64,000 nucleotides of DNA from Sphyrna mokarran (Eukaryota), in contig JAGIQG010000002.1 of NCBI GenBank assembly GCA_024679065.1, positions 83,948,001-84,012,000 on the forward strand, read 5' to 3'. Position numbers and translations under genes: made by a program. The notes under the pieces are model-generated. The model did not search any database and was not told the origin of the DNA. It saw nothing but the letters and a program-made list of their open reading frames with translations. Numbering within the stretch: position 1 is the stretch's first letter; the number at the start of each line of letters is the position of its first letter. Below are positions 48,890 to 62,123 of the stretch, piece after piece.

Positions 48890-50715
48890 TTCTCCAACAT
48901 TTCACCGTTTCCCTATTCTCCATCATAAACTCTCCTGCCTCAGCCTATAATAGGTCACATTTGTCCTTGCTGATTGTTTCTTTTCTATATACATAAAGAA
49001 GCTTTTATCATCTGCCTTCATGTTAATCATTAGATTCCATTCCCTTCTTTACCAATTCCTTAATCCTCCTTTGTGGGATTCTGAATTACTCCCAATCCTC
49101 AAACTTACTACTTTTTCTGACCACCCGATAAACCATTTCAATTGATATAATCCAATCTTTGTTATTTTTCTTATCCAAGGTTGATTTGCCTTTCCTATTG
49201 GATTTTTGTGACTCTGAGAATGTTGTAGACCATATAATGCTTCTTTAAATCCTAGCCACTATCTTTCTACTATCAAATCTTTTGATGTCTTTTTCCAATC
49301 TACCATAGCCAATTATTCCCTCACAACTTTATAATCTTCTTTGTTCAGGTTTAGGACCATAGTTTCAGAATGAACTATGTCACTTTTAGACTCAAGGTCA
49401 CTATTAAGGCCACATTATGGTCACTATTTCCTAATGGCTGCTTTACAGCAAAGTAATTGGTTAGTCTTTTCTCATTCGATCATAGTAAATCCCAAAATAG
49501 ATTGATTCTTAGTTGGCTCGTCAATGCATTACTCCGGGAACACATCTCACACACACTCCAGAGAGTTATCCTCCATATGACCAGTGCTGATTAGGTTTAT
49601 TCAGTCTATATATAAATTCAAATTGCTCATTATTACTGTCTTACCATGTTATATGCAACTCTAATTTCCTGATTTATACCATGCCAATGTTATCACTCCA
49701 TTCTGGAGTCTGTAAACAATTGCTACTGTTTGCTGTCCCTTGTTATTTCTTAGCTCCGCCAAACTTATCCAAATCATTCAACTTAAGATCCTTTCTTACT
49801 AACGTATTGATCTCACCTTTTATTAACAGAACTATTTCACTTCATTTATCTCTCCTCCTTTTCTTCTTAACTGAAGACTGTCCCTGACCATTTGGTTCCC
49901 AATTCTGGTCACCCTGTAACAACATCTTCATAATCGCAATTAAATTGTAACCATTTATCTTTATTTGCAACTTCAAATCCTTGCTGTAGATGTTGCATGC
50001 ATTCAGGTGGTGTGCCCTTAATTTTTTAACATTATTCTGCATTTCATTTGCTACTTTTCTACTTCATATTATCAATTTTGCTTTTGTGCAATCTGAGCTC
50101 CCTCTCAGATTCGCAACCCCCTACCAATCTAATTTAAACCCTCCCAAGTAGCACTAGCAACCCTCCCTCCCAGTGCTGCAAACGTGCAACCTGTCCATTG
50201 CACAAGTCCCACCTACCCAGACCCAGCCCTAATGCCTTAAAAATCTGATACTCTTTCTTCTACAAGAATTCTTCAGCCATATGTTCAATCAATCAATCCT
50301 ACTCCTAAGCTCACTAGCACATGACACTGGGAATAATCCTGAGATTGCTGCTTTTGATGCCTTGCTTTTTAATTTCTTTCCTAACTCCCTAAAATCTACT
50401 TTCCGGACCTCATCCCTATCTTTGTCATTGGTACTAATGTGAACCATCATTTCTAACTGTTCACTGTCCTCCAGAAGAATGTCCTACTGTTGCTCGGTGG
50501 CATCATTCATCCTGGCACCAGGGAAGCAGCACATCATCCTGGAATTAAGTCTGAAGCCTCAAAAAAAAATTAATCTGTTCCCCAAATTAACAAATACCTT
50601 ATCACTATTGCCTTTTCACTATTTTATCTCCCCTCCTCTGCAGCCCAATCATCCATGGTACCACAGACTCGACTCTTGCTTCACTCCTCTAAGGGACCAT
50701 CACCCTCACCTGTAT
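48890..50715 (-). mobile_element. Old CR1 LINE 5'/central fragment (ORF1 end and endonuclease region)
   Basis: ORF 49842-50042 (LNACNIYSKDL.LQI.INGYNLIAI.K.LLQGDQNW) resembles the CR1 endonuclease N-terminus (LNARSI.NK..EL..QI....YD..AITETWLQ.DQ.W); many stops. Confidence 0.75.
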
Positions 50716-52454
50716 CCGTTTATGGTATGTTTCTAAACTAGTTAAAAAATAGCAGGTTTTATTTGATCCAACTTTATTTAGGCCAGAGCACAATTAAAAG
50801 CAAACAGGAAGAAAATCAATACAATTAGTAATCCATTTTTGTATGGACATTTATTTCAGAAAAGTGCAAGTAGCAAAAATGCTTTGGTACAAAATATTTT
50901 ATTTTGACATGAAATGTTAAGAGTTCAATGCAATGTTCTTCTGAAATGTGGCTGCCTTTAAAATACTCAGTACATTGCCTGAGTTGAAAGTAAATTGTTA
51001 ATGTTAGCTTAAAATTTTTTATTAGTTTAAGTACTGAACTTACTGTTATGTTATATGGAATGGAATTGTCTGTGGGGCATGAAATTGACAAATAACACCC
51101 AAAATTGTTCTCATTTATATCCAGATTTTCTGCTAATCAGATTAGCATAAAGGAACAGAAATCAGGGTAAACATTTGAGCTTTGAAAAAAAGGCCATATT
51201 TATACTATATGCTGTATTTCTTTCTCATATGAAAATAGAGGATTCAAGCTATCAAACTATTATTCAGGCACTTTAGATACAGTAGATTTTGGTTTTGTAT
51301 GATAGTGTAAAATTGGTGCCGTTCATTTTACATCACTCCTTCTTGAACCACTGCAGTTCATGTTAGTCTGAGATGACTGTCTTTCAGCAGCCACAATCAT
51401 CATTTCCTGTACTAGATTTGATTCCAAACAGCAGAAAGTTTTCCTCTGATCCCCAATGGTTTCAATTTTGCTTGAGCCATTTGATGAAAAATAAATTTAA
51501 ATGCTGCCTTAATATCAATGGCAGTCACTCTCACCTCATTCTTGAATTCAGCTCTCCGAAAATATTGTCTCTTTGGTTTAACCTGCTGCAAAATTAATCA
51601 TTCAACTAAAGATATGCCCAATGCAAAAACTCATCCTGATAAATTCCCAGACTACTATTAATGGCCTAATTGGATTTGCACTACTTTTACAGGATAGGAC
51701 ATGTCTAGGCAATATTCCACATTGTCAGGTAGATGCCAGTTTTGTAGCTGTACTGGAACGGCTTGGCTAGATGCATAGGTTAATTCTGAATGATAAGTTA
51801 TCATACCCAGGAAAATTATATGCAAACTTTCCATTTACGAATGCATAACTTCTTAAATCAACAATGGTACAACTGATATTGAGAAAGTTCAGGGTTTGTT
51901 TAGAACTTTATCGCATCTCTCAAAAATATCTTAAAGTGTTTACATGTAATGGACTATTTTGGAGTGCAATAATTGTACTAATGTGGCTATCATTTTATAC
52001 ACAGTATAATCCACAACGAGTAATTCTAGGTATTTGAGTATTTATTTTATTTTTGGTGCCATTAGTTGAGGAAGAAAGTTTGTCAAAATGTTAGTGAATG
52101 TGGCGCTGCAAGTGTACTAAAACAAAACATTGGGAAATCATGAATTCATGTAAGTATGAAAAGAAAATCCTGTCAAAGGACTGACAATTGCTCATTTACT
52201 GACCAAGATAGATTAGGGTACGATCTTACTTGCCATTCAAGCCATGCTCCTATTTAGCAAGGTTCACTGCAGTGGGATGGGAAAAGCCCACTGGCGTGAA
52301 ATGTGATAAGACTTCAACCTAGAAAACATTTGATAAAGTTAATAAAGACACAAAGCAAAATATGATCCAAAATTCTTTAGAAACAGAAAATGTATCAAAG
52401 TGATGCAAATGATGACGGCTAAAATTCTGTTAAGTGTCCCAAGAAATTTATCCC

Positions 52455-52600
52455 AAGATATGTACTTTAAGGGACATTAGTGGGGTAAGTACATGGGGTT
52501 ATGAGGATAGGATCTGGGTGGGATGTGTTAGACAGTCAGTACAGACTTGATGGGCTGAATGGCCAGCTTCTGCACAGTAGGATTTCTATGATTCTATGAA
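52455..52600 (+). mobile_element. HE1-like SINE 3' fragment
   Basis: ggggttatgaggataggatctgggtggga...gatgggctgaatggccagcttctgcacagtaggatttctatgattctatg. Confidence 0.8.
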
Positions 52601-52694
52601 GCTTCATAATTATTTTGATCTCAAAGTAGTGGTAGCTATATTTAGGGATCAATATCAGTTGCTAAAGAACTAATTTAATCGGAATGCTTGAAGA

Positions 52695-53520
52695 AATTAA
52701 ACATATGGACAAATTGACATTGTATGTTTGGATTTTCAAAAAGTATTTGATAAAACGGTGAACAAAGTTTTCAAATAAGTACCATAATCAGTTGGCCATA
52801 AGATTTGGAAATAGAGTAATTGTAAATGACTGTACTTGGTTTAACAAGATGCAGCTGTTGCCAGACATTGGGAATCTAGGGATATCTCATTCTCAATAGG
52901 TACAATTGATTTGAGCCTAAATATTGAGGGACTAATATAAATGTTTGCTGTTGATGGCATGGCATGAGAGAAAATGTTGAAGACAAAAGTTGCAGATTGT
53001 CGGCAAATGCAGTTAAGTGAGATAAATGTGAAATATAGAATAGAATAAAAACATAACCAATATGAGGAAAATTCTCAATGAAGTGGAGGCAAAAGATACA
53101 GTAATATATAAATATTTAAAATGAAAATAACAGGTCAAAAACTGTTCAGAAAGGCAAATGGGATTCTAGCTTTTCATATAGTTATGGTGAAGCAGGCGAA
53201 AAATGATTGCAATTAATTACAGAACCTAATTATGATCTAATTATGATATGCTTGGTCTTGAAAGTGTTTGACATTCTTCAGTGAATTGATAGCAAGAAGG
53301 TATAAATTTAAGACAAGTACTAAAAATGCAAAAAGTTGAAGGAAATTCATGTTAATATACAATGCGGCATGGTAAGTGGCAATCAAATTATTTCCAGTAT
53401 TTATACTGAAATTATTTGAAAAATAAAACTGTTCCTACAGGGAAAATACAGGAAATGTAATTAGTGAAAATGAAGTTGATGAAAAGTCAGTACAATGCTA
53501 AAGTTTGGTGCTGAAAATCT
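52695..53520 (+). mobile_element. Very old CR1 RT remnant
   Basis: gacattgtatgtttggattttcaaaaagtatttgataaa (DIVCLDFQKVFDK) and tttgctgttgat (FADD-like). Confidence 0.55.
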
Positions 53521-55895
53521 TTTCAACTTTGTGACTAATGTCAGTTTCAAGAGCTCTCCGATTAACCTGGATTAGCTGAAGAGTAGAGTCCTCTATCTCA
53601 TACTTTAGAAATGTGCATTCACTTTAATTGTGCAAAGTCACCCTCTACTGCACCAGTGTGCTGTTTTTGTTTCCCATAGCAGTCATCCTTGTGATTTCCC
53701 TAAGTCAGATTGATCATACACTGTGTAATTATGATCAGTTTTATGATAATGGCTCCTGTCTGCTTGGAGCTGTGTTGAAACTACGCAAGTTAATTTCACA
53801 GGACCATTAAAGCTGTCAGAGAGCTATATCCTATCAGTCTGAGCTGGTTTTGAAACCAGGTCCCAGTGGTTAAAGGACAATGTTCAGTTGCTCATCCATT
53901 TTCTCTCCTTCTAAAATTCCTGGGTGATTACATACCCACCCAAGCAAGAAAATAGCATCCTCCTTACAAAAGAAAGCCCAATGTCAGTAAACCTTGCTGG
54001 AAATAATTATGACAACTTGAGCATGATTTTGTTTTTACAACTGCCTATTTCTGCATTTTTTATAACTAAATATTTTTTTCCTTTAATCAGTGAATGCTGA
54101 TGATATTAGGAAAATTGACTGGGGGATTGAGCTGCACAGTATGAAAGAGCCAAATTAACACCAGTCAATAACAAAGATGAGACACATTGAATACTGGAAG
54201 CTGCCAAGGCCATGAAAAGGCAGCCACTTACTGGTGGAGTCATTAAATAATCTAAATTAAAAGGAGACAAGTTATCCAAAGCTTTGTGACATAGTAACAC
54301 TTACGTTAAACAATAGCAAAATAATAAAGGGTTAAAAAAAAGACGTCAGCTGTTTTTATATTCTTTTAATCTGTAAAGCTGGAACATTTAAGTCTGTCAT
54401 CAGTCTACAGAAAATGGACTTAACAGCATCTACCCAGGAGCTGACTCCTGGATGCCAAGCTCCCAGCATCCAAATTAAAAGAGCTGTATAAATGCAACAA
54501 GGCTTGGGTGATTTAATGACCTTGTCATTTACAACTGTGCGTTAATTCACTTCCTTCACATTGTTGATCTCCAATCTCCTCCCATTTAGTTTCCCAAACA
54601 ATTTCATTATCATTCACCCTTTAAATAATAATATTCAATGAGCAAGAATACATAAAAGGAAAATATTCATCATGGGTCAGTTAGTTTCAACCCCACAATG
54701 TATTCCTACATTACTGAATTTTGGGTACACAATTCTCAGAGACATAAAATTAGAAAGCTAGCTACTGGGGTCATTCTTATACAACTTGTCGCAGCTAAAT
54801 CAAAAGGAGGATTTATTCATTTAATTTGTTGCCATCTTCAGAATTTCTGTAAGTGGCAAGCTTGCAGTATAAGTGGGGAAGAAGTCTATTTAAACAACTT
54901 GGGATTATTTTGCTTATTTTAAATAAAAGATGGTAAAATACAATAATGTACAAATGGACTGTTTATGTGATTATGGCTGTAGCATTCCCTTTAAATTGCA
55001 CCACAGCACAGCAACCCAAAAGATCTTCTGCAGATTGTGCATAAGCCAACTACTTTAAGTTACCACACGGGCATACTTGTGCAAAAGGTTTTAAAGAGCC
55101 CGCACACTTTGATGAATTGGCTGCACACTTCAAAAAATTAGATGGTCTATGTGCTTTGAGTATACTTAAACCTGCTAATAATGGGTAAGAATGGAAATTG
55201 TTGCTGTTAGTAATGGTGGGGTGCTTATCATTGTGAACACTGTCCCTGAAATTCCAGCTGTAAAGTTCCAGGAGATGCGCAAACCCTGCTACACTCATCT
55301 GAAGATTCAGGGCATTGAGTAGAGGGGCATATGCCAAAAACTGATGACAAAACAGTAACTAGGAATGTAGGAGTGGCACTCCGTCTCCATTAGGGTGAGA
55401 ACCTAATCAGATGTGAGTTACTCTCAATTCTGCTAAACGTGGCCCAGAGCTGGCCCATAATCTGCCTGGCACCATGGCAGTCACTTGAGCTACAGAGTCA
55501 AAATGGACTGTGTCTACAGGGCACAATGTACAAATCTCTTGATAAAGGGAAAAAAATAAAAACATTTTTATCATGTTGATGTCCATTTTTATGTATAGCT
55601 GCATCAAGCTGTGTGTAGAACCTCAGTATGCAAACACTAAGGGTGTCATTTTCCTGAGGGATTAGGGAACATGGGTAATGGGAGATGGGTTCAACCCCAG
55701 GTTGTAAACTCACCCTAATGTAAATAGGAGGTCGCTGTTACTTAAGCTGAGTCAGGGGGTTAATTGTCTAGAGATGTGATGCCACCCAATGAATCAGAAC
55801 TCCGCTGCCACTTAAAGACTTCATCAAAGTGGTGGCAATAGCAAGGAGATGAATATAAATGAATGTATCATTTCCCCTCATTGTGGTAGTCAGAA

Positions 55896-56212
55896 GGGAA
55901 TATGGTGGCACAGTGGTTAACACTGCTGCCTCACAGTGCCAGGGATGTGCGTTCAATTTCCGCCTTGGGTCATGTCAGTATGGAATTTGCACATTCTCCC
56001 TGTGTCTGCGTGGGTTTCATCTTGGTGTTTCGGTTTCCTCGCCAAGTTCAAAGATGTGCAGATTAGGTAGATTGACCATGCTAAATTGCCCTTTAGTGTC
56101 AGGGGAACTAGCTAGGGTAAATGCATGGGGTTATGGGAATAGGCCCTGGATGGAATTGTTGTTGGTACAGACTCAATGGGCCAAGTGGTCTCCTTCTGTA
56201 CTGTAGCATTCT
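55896..56212 (+). mobile_element. HE1-like SINE, near full length
   Basis: A box TGGCACAGTGG (55906-55916), B-box-like GTTCAATTTCC, V-core, CR1-type tail ctccttctgtactgtagcattct. Confidence 0.88.
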
Positions 56213-56542
56213 TTGGGAAATCGCAGGAGAATCCCATCTTTAATGCCAGAAGAATTCAAAGAAAAAGATCCTGCAAGTTTAGACGGCTTGTTTCTTCACT
56301 TGGTCAGTGTTTTGCAAATAATGTAGATGAATGATAGAATTTTTACTTCTTCTCTTCCCTCTTGGAACAGAGTGTAATGTGGAAAATTTCAAGTGAGAAG
56401 AAACCAATGAATTTAAGGTGGTGGGGTGGCAGGAATTGGGGGGCTGGGGGTGGCGCTCTCTGAACATATGAATTTGTGCTGGTGTTTTCCAACAAAAAGA
56501 GCAAGTTTTATGGATGAATATTGTCCAAGTAAATAAGAACTG

Positions 56543-57692
56543 GAGGAAATCTTACTTTACACCATCTTCTTGTGCCACCACAGGAAGCTATTGCATGATG
56601 GTCAGCACACTTTACAGTGAGGTGGCCAACTCTAGTGCTGGCCAGATTCATGTAGTGTTTCTTAGTTGATGTTACAATCTGGAGGCTGGCAAACAGCCAA
56701 CCCAACACCTTCATCAGTGCCATGTGCCACCACAATGGGCTGTCAACTATTGCCACATCATCGTCATGGTAGGCACATAGAGCATAAGGGTGGCTGTGAG
56801 GAGATCTCCATTGGGAACTCCTGAAACATGGAGCTGAATCCTCCCATCTAAACCTCTGGTGCACTGGCTTCCAGGAATGGCTTGCAGAACAGATGGAAGG
56901 AAGAGAAGCACCCTCATGATTTTCATGCAACAGATGGCCATTGTAAAAAGCACTGCAGAGACCATGCAGCATGCAAAGCCTTGTTAACACCTGTCGAACT
57001 TCTTTGGTTGGTGTAGCATCTACCAGCCCTAGTTCTTGTAACTGTTAAAGGGGCCTGAGATGGAATGTCGGCAATAAATCACAGACCTGTCCATGGTAAT
57101 CAGTGCGACATCAGTGGGTTTGGGACTAGACCTCAGGTGCAACCACTTGGGGGTCATTCAGTGGCGAGAGGGAATTTGCACAACACAAGTCCCAAGCCAG
57201 CGGTGATCTCAGACCTGTGGATCATCGGATACACCTGAGCCCCCCATCTCCCACCACCCGTGCAAGGTCTCCATTCCACCCAGCACCATGGTAGCAGCTG
57301 ACACCCCATCCCATACCCCAGAGGTGAGTGCTCAGTATTACTTAACTCCTCGCTCTCCTTTGCTACTGCTGCATAAGAGACACGCTTTTAAAGAGCAGTA
57401 TTACTTGCCACCAGTGTGACATCACGCTGGTGAGGTGGGAAACAATCAGGAGCAGGTGAGGAGGGGGTGGTACACGCATGCTGAACTAACTAATTATATT
57501 GAAATCCAGTCAATCTCATGTGAAAAAGCTATGTGCCCTTTATGTGTGTGAAGTGGTTTGTGCCATTAAAATGGGGCTTGGAAGTTGGAAACTGGTTAGC
57601 GCCAGATATGAATCGGAATTTTAGCTTTGAAAGCTATTTTCACAGCTTGCCATATTGATCGCCAGTGCAATGAGATGGTAAAATCACATCAA
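56543..57692. mobile_element. GC-richer degenerate non-autonomous DNA-transposon-like element
   Basis: Termini ggaggaaatcttact ... ggtaaaatcacatc. Internal motifs (cgccagtgtga..tcacgctgg, ctagtgctggcc) resemble the 62125-63058 element. Confidence 0.4.
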
Positions 57693-58655
57693 TGGCTAAG
57701 TGTGGGAAAATTTTGATCTGATTCACTGGCACTGGATGTCTCTCCTGAAATTACATTTTGGGAAAACTCTGTCTGTGATTTTTATAACACTATCCAAGCC
57801 AGAGGGAATTGTTGCTATGCACAAGACAGTAGCACTTGGATACAGATAGATTGTTGTAGCAGGTAAACAACTGGGAGTTGAAATTTAATATGGTTAACTA
57901 TGAACTGATGCATTTTTGCAGAAGCAACATTGAGAGGCAGCATAATCTAAGGTAGAATTGACTACACTTGACATCAAGGCAACACTTAATCAAGTGTGGC
58001 ATCAAGGGACCCTAACAGAATTAAAGTTAATACAAATAAAAGGGAACGTCTCCAGTGTTTGGAGTCATACCTAACACAAAGAAAGATGGTGATGGCCATA
58101 TATTTCTGTCCTAGGGCATGGTTGCCAGTGCTCATTAATGTAGTTTCCTGGGTTCAACCATCTTCAGCATCTTCATCAATGGCCATTCTCCAATTTAAGA
58201 TCAGGAGTGGGCATTTTATTAATGATTACAATGTTCTATGCCAATTTCAATTTCTGAGATACTGAAGTACTTCATGGCTGAAATTCAGGTATGGGCTGAT
58301 AAGTGGTAAGTAAGTGATTAGTTGCACAAGTTCCAGGCGATGACCATCTCCAAAGAGAGATAATCTAGTTACCCCCATTTGGTATTCAAAGGCATTGCCA
58401 TCACTGAATTTTCCCACCATCAATATCCTAGAGATAGTATTGACTAGAAACTGAACTGGACCAACTATATAGATACTGTGGCTACAAAAGCAAATCATAG
58501 GCTGGGAATTACTCTGGCGAGTAATTCACCTCCTGAATTCCCAAAGCATGTCCCCTATCTACAATGTAAAAGTTAGGGATTTTGATGAAATATTCTTTAC
58601 TTGCCTTGATGTGTGCAGTTGCAATAATATTCAAGAAACTCAAGACCATCTAAAA

Positions 58656-59333
58656 TATTAGTGTACTTTTAAGAGTAGATTTTTAATTCATGCTCACAGC
58701 CTTAGGTAATGTCATTGTTGGGAGGAGAAAAGAACTGTAGGCAGGTCAGGTGATAGGGATTTAATTTTCAGTTTGTAGCTGCAGGTTTGAGCTTTACACG
58801 CTAAAAAGAAGAGTTTCACTCTCTCCCTGTTTTTTTTTTGAAAATTCTTTTGGGTAGCTGAAAACAAATTTTTGTTTTTCTGAAGGGTGAGAACCTGCTA
58901 TTGTTGGGGGCCGGATCAGAGTCTCACTCTAGTGTTTTGGGGAAGTTTTCTTGTCCTCAAGAGCAGAGTCAACTAATGGCCTTGATCCCAGTATCACATG
59001 AGACTTAGTCTATGCTGTGTTGAACTTATTTAAAGAGTTGTTCATGGAGTGAATTTGATAGGAACAGTTTATATTTATTCATTAAGGGTTATACATTATT
59101 ATGGTTGTCTTGTTTTTGTTTTAATTGATAAAAGTTCTTGCTAATTTTCTTACTATATATGTTAACTGTATTCTTAAATAAACTTTGTTTGATAAAAACT
59201 CCCTACTGCGTCATTTGAATCATACCTGAAGTGAAACATCTCATGCTTATCCTAGTCAAATTCAAGATGCAAAACATAGGGTTTAGAGGGCTTCATAAAA
59301 CACTTCGGAGTTTCTAACCTGAACCAGAAAACA
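58656..59333 (+). mobile_element. Probable solo LTR (~680 bp)
   Basis: Interrupts the LINE. AT-rich U3-like body, AATAAA at ~59177, ends ...AACA. A clean TG start and TSD were not resolved. Confidence 0.45.
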
Positions 59334-59530
59334 TATAACAAACTTGACTGGCACCTAAACCATCACCAACTCCATTACCAACACTCCATGGCAGCAGTGT
59401 GTACCATCTATAAAATGCACTGCAGCAACTTTCCAAGACACCATAAACAGCACCTTCCATACCTGCAACCTTTTCCATCTAGATCAAGGGAAGGATATAT
59501 AGGGGAACACCACAACCTGACAATTCCTTT

Positions 59531-59878
59531 GGGGGAGACAATGGCCTAGTGGTATTATTGCTTGAGTATTAATTCCGAATCCCTGCTAATGTTCTGGGGA
59601 ACTGGGTTCAAATTCGGCCATGCAGATGGTAGAATTTGAATTGAATAAAAAAATTAAGAATCTACTGATGGCCATGAAACTATTGCCAATTGTGGGAAAA
59701 ACCCATCTGGTTCACTATTATTCTTTAGGGAAGGAAATCTTCATCCTTACCTGGTCTGCTTTACTTGTGACTCCAAAGTCATAGTAATATTTCTTAACTG
59801 CCCTCTAATGGGAACTAGAGATGGGCAATAAATTCTGGCCAGCCAACAATGCCCATGTCCCACGAATGAATAAAAAAA
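59531..59878 (+). mobile_element. tRNA-derived SINE of a second family sharing its 3' tail with the host LINE
   Basis: A box TGGCCTAGTGG, B box GGTTCAAATTC, tail gggaactagagatgggcaataaattctggccagcc...gaatgaataaaaaa. Confidence 0.75.
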
Positions 59879-60179
59879 CTATCATTAATAGATTAATAGT
59901 CAAACGAAAATATCGCTACGCCATTGCCTCCTCAAAAGGAATTTTCTAACACAGAATTATATTATTGTTCTTTCATTGGCACTTGATCAAAATCCTGGAA
60001 ATTCTCCCACCAACTCCCCCCTCCCCCCCACACCCCGCCACCTCCCAATAAACCAGCAGCAATGTGGATGTATCCACATGAGGTGGACTGCAGTGGTTCA
60101 AGACAGTTCAGCTTATCAATATGCTCTCAAGGGCAATTAAGGATGAACAAAAAAGAAACTGGCCTTGTCAGTGTCTCCA

Positions 60180-60625
60180 GACCTGTTTAGAGGAGGTGCA
60201 AGAGCAAAGGTGCATATTCCTACATCTTTGAAGGACACCTGGGTGATTTATTCAGGCAGTTAATAAAATCTATGAATTACTTGGCTTTGCAAATAAGAAC
60301 ACTGAGACAAGGATGGCATGTTCAACTGTTACAAAGTATTCATCAGGCCTCTGTTGGAATAGTGTGCCTACTTCTGCCCACCAAACTTTTGGAACGATAT
60401 CAATGTCTTAAAAGTTACGTGGAAGTTTACTCAGATGACAGCAGGATGATGAACCTCTGTTCAGTGGACTGATTGGAGAGTTTGAAATTGTAATATAATT
60501 CCAAAAGGACTGAAGGACAAACAAGAACATATTTTTCACACAGGAAGTTATTTGGCATTGGAATGCACCATCTGAAAGGATGTGGAAGCAAATACCATAA
60601 AATTCCACTAAATACAATTGGATGT
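60180..60625 (+). mobile_element. Degenerate CR1 3' fragment
   Basis: tttttcacacaggaagttatttggcattggaatgca (FFTQ.V...WNA) and upstream CR1 motifs. Confidence 0.55.
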
Positions 60626-60975
60626 AGAACAATAGAACATTAGAATCCATACAGAGGAGCAAAAAGCCATTTGGCCCATTGAGTTTGCATTGACTCTCTG
60701 AAAAAACATCCCACTGAAGCCCTCCCTCAGTCCTGTGCCCATAATTGTCCTCATTTACCATGGCTAATCCACCTAATGTGCATATTGTTGGATACAAAGG
60801 GTCAATTTAGTACGGCAAACCCACCTAAACTGCACATCATTTGGACTGTGGGACTAAACTGGACCATCTGGAGGAAACCCACACAGATACGGGGAGAACT
60901 CTACACAATCACCCAAGGCTGGAATTAAACCTGGGTGCCTGGCATAGTGAGGCAGCAGTTCTAATCATTGTTGCA
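60626..60975 (-). mobile_element. HE1-like SINE
   Basis: gccatttggcccattgag...ttggactgtggga...ggaggaaacccacacagatacggggagaa...gtgaggcagcagttctaatcattg. Confidence 0.85.
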
Positions 60976-62123
60976 ACCTATGTACTTGATGTGTACTTGA
61001 ATGCGACTAATTTGCATGATTACTTTACTAAAGTTGTTGCGTTCATCTAATTGGGACAATTCTATCAAAGAGCTGACATACATACGATAGGCCAGGTGGC
61101 CTACTTGTGAATTGTAGGATCCAATGTGTTGCAAAAGAAGACATGTGTACAGAGTAAAATCAATAGGTTCTACTGCTGGTTTGCATTCGAATGTTGCCAT
61201 TGGAGGCATCACTGTGATAACTTTAGTTACGCAAACTCGTTAAGTAGGTGACAAAATGAATGCTGCTGACAACACATAATAATATGCAGCATCTTTGTTT
61301 GACTGTGGATTGTTTTTGGTTTGGCTCAAGTATGCTTTTGCTAGATACAGAGAAACCTTTCAGCCATTAAACTGAGACCTTTGAACAGCTCCACATGAAA
61401 AAGCCTGAAAAGGTGTGTTCATTTTAACGCTGCCATTGAAGATCTGAAATCCACTCTGCAGTGTAATTAAGGCTGATCCCTGAGAGTCAAGAGCTGTGAA
61501 ACATTGGGAACCACTCCAGGCAGAGGTGTTTTAGCAATATTAATGCAATTTAGGTGAAAGAAATTGCTTAATGTTGTCTTTGGCACTCTGACATACTCAT
61601 GGCCAATGGGAAAACAGCTTCTAGGCATAATCTTCAATGTTTTAGGTGGGTGCAACCAGAATAGATTCTGTCATTGTAAATAAATAGATAGGGATCAACA
61701 AATAAGAAAATTCAGCACCAGAGGGAAACTTGGCTTTTCTTAAGTCACAATTAAAATATTATATTGCCAGTCTTTGTATGACAAAATGAGTCCATGAGAG
61801 CTTTTAAAATCAGAATTGTTTTCATTGTAGACAGAGTGTGTGAAATTGTCAAACATTCTTTGTAGCAGTAATACAGAGACCTAGTCTTGCTTTACCTGTC
61901 TCATCATTGGTGATGCTCGCTTTCTGCACAATTTGCATGGCATTGCTGAAAAGAATGGGTGTGTGCACGGCTGTCCCTGTGTAATCCAATAGATCTTATA
62001 TAGATGTTATCCTGGTGTCACAATACCCAACTTGCTGATGTACACCAGGGCTCAGGTGTGGATGAATATGTCGGGATAAGCTGGATATGTTATCTGAATT
62101 TTTACACTGAAGACGGACACAAA

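Larger units (their letters stand above)
57955..60175 (+). mobile_element. CR1/L2-group LINE 3' portion, split by an LTR-like insert (~58656-59333) and a SINE (59531-59878)
   Basis: RT motifs (cttgacatcaaggcaacacttaatcaagtgtggcat = LDIKA..D.VWH-like). The LINE resumes after each insert, and its tail is at 60130-60170. Confidence 0.7.

Noticed and set aside
55896-55975. tRNA gene (also 59531-59620 and other SINE heads)
   Set aside because: A/B boxes continue into SINE body and LINE-type tail; no complete cloverleaf.
56508-56990. 160-aa ORF
   Set aside because: Lies in a degenerate repeat; at most a faint resemblance to a Harbinger-associated Myb/SANT remnant, with no supportable domain.
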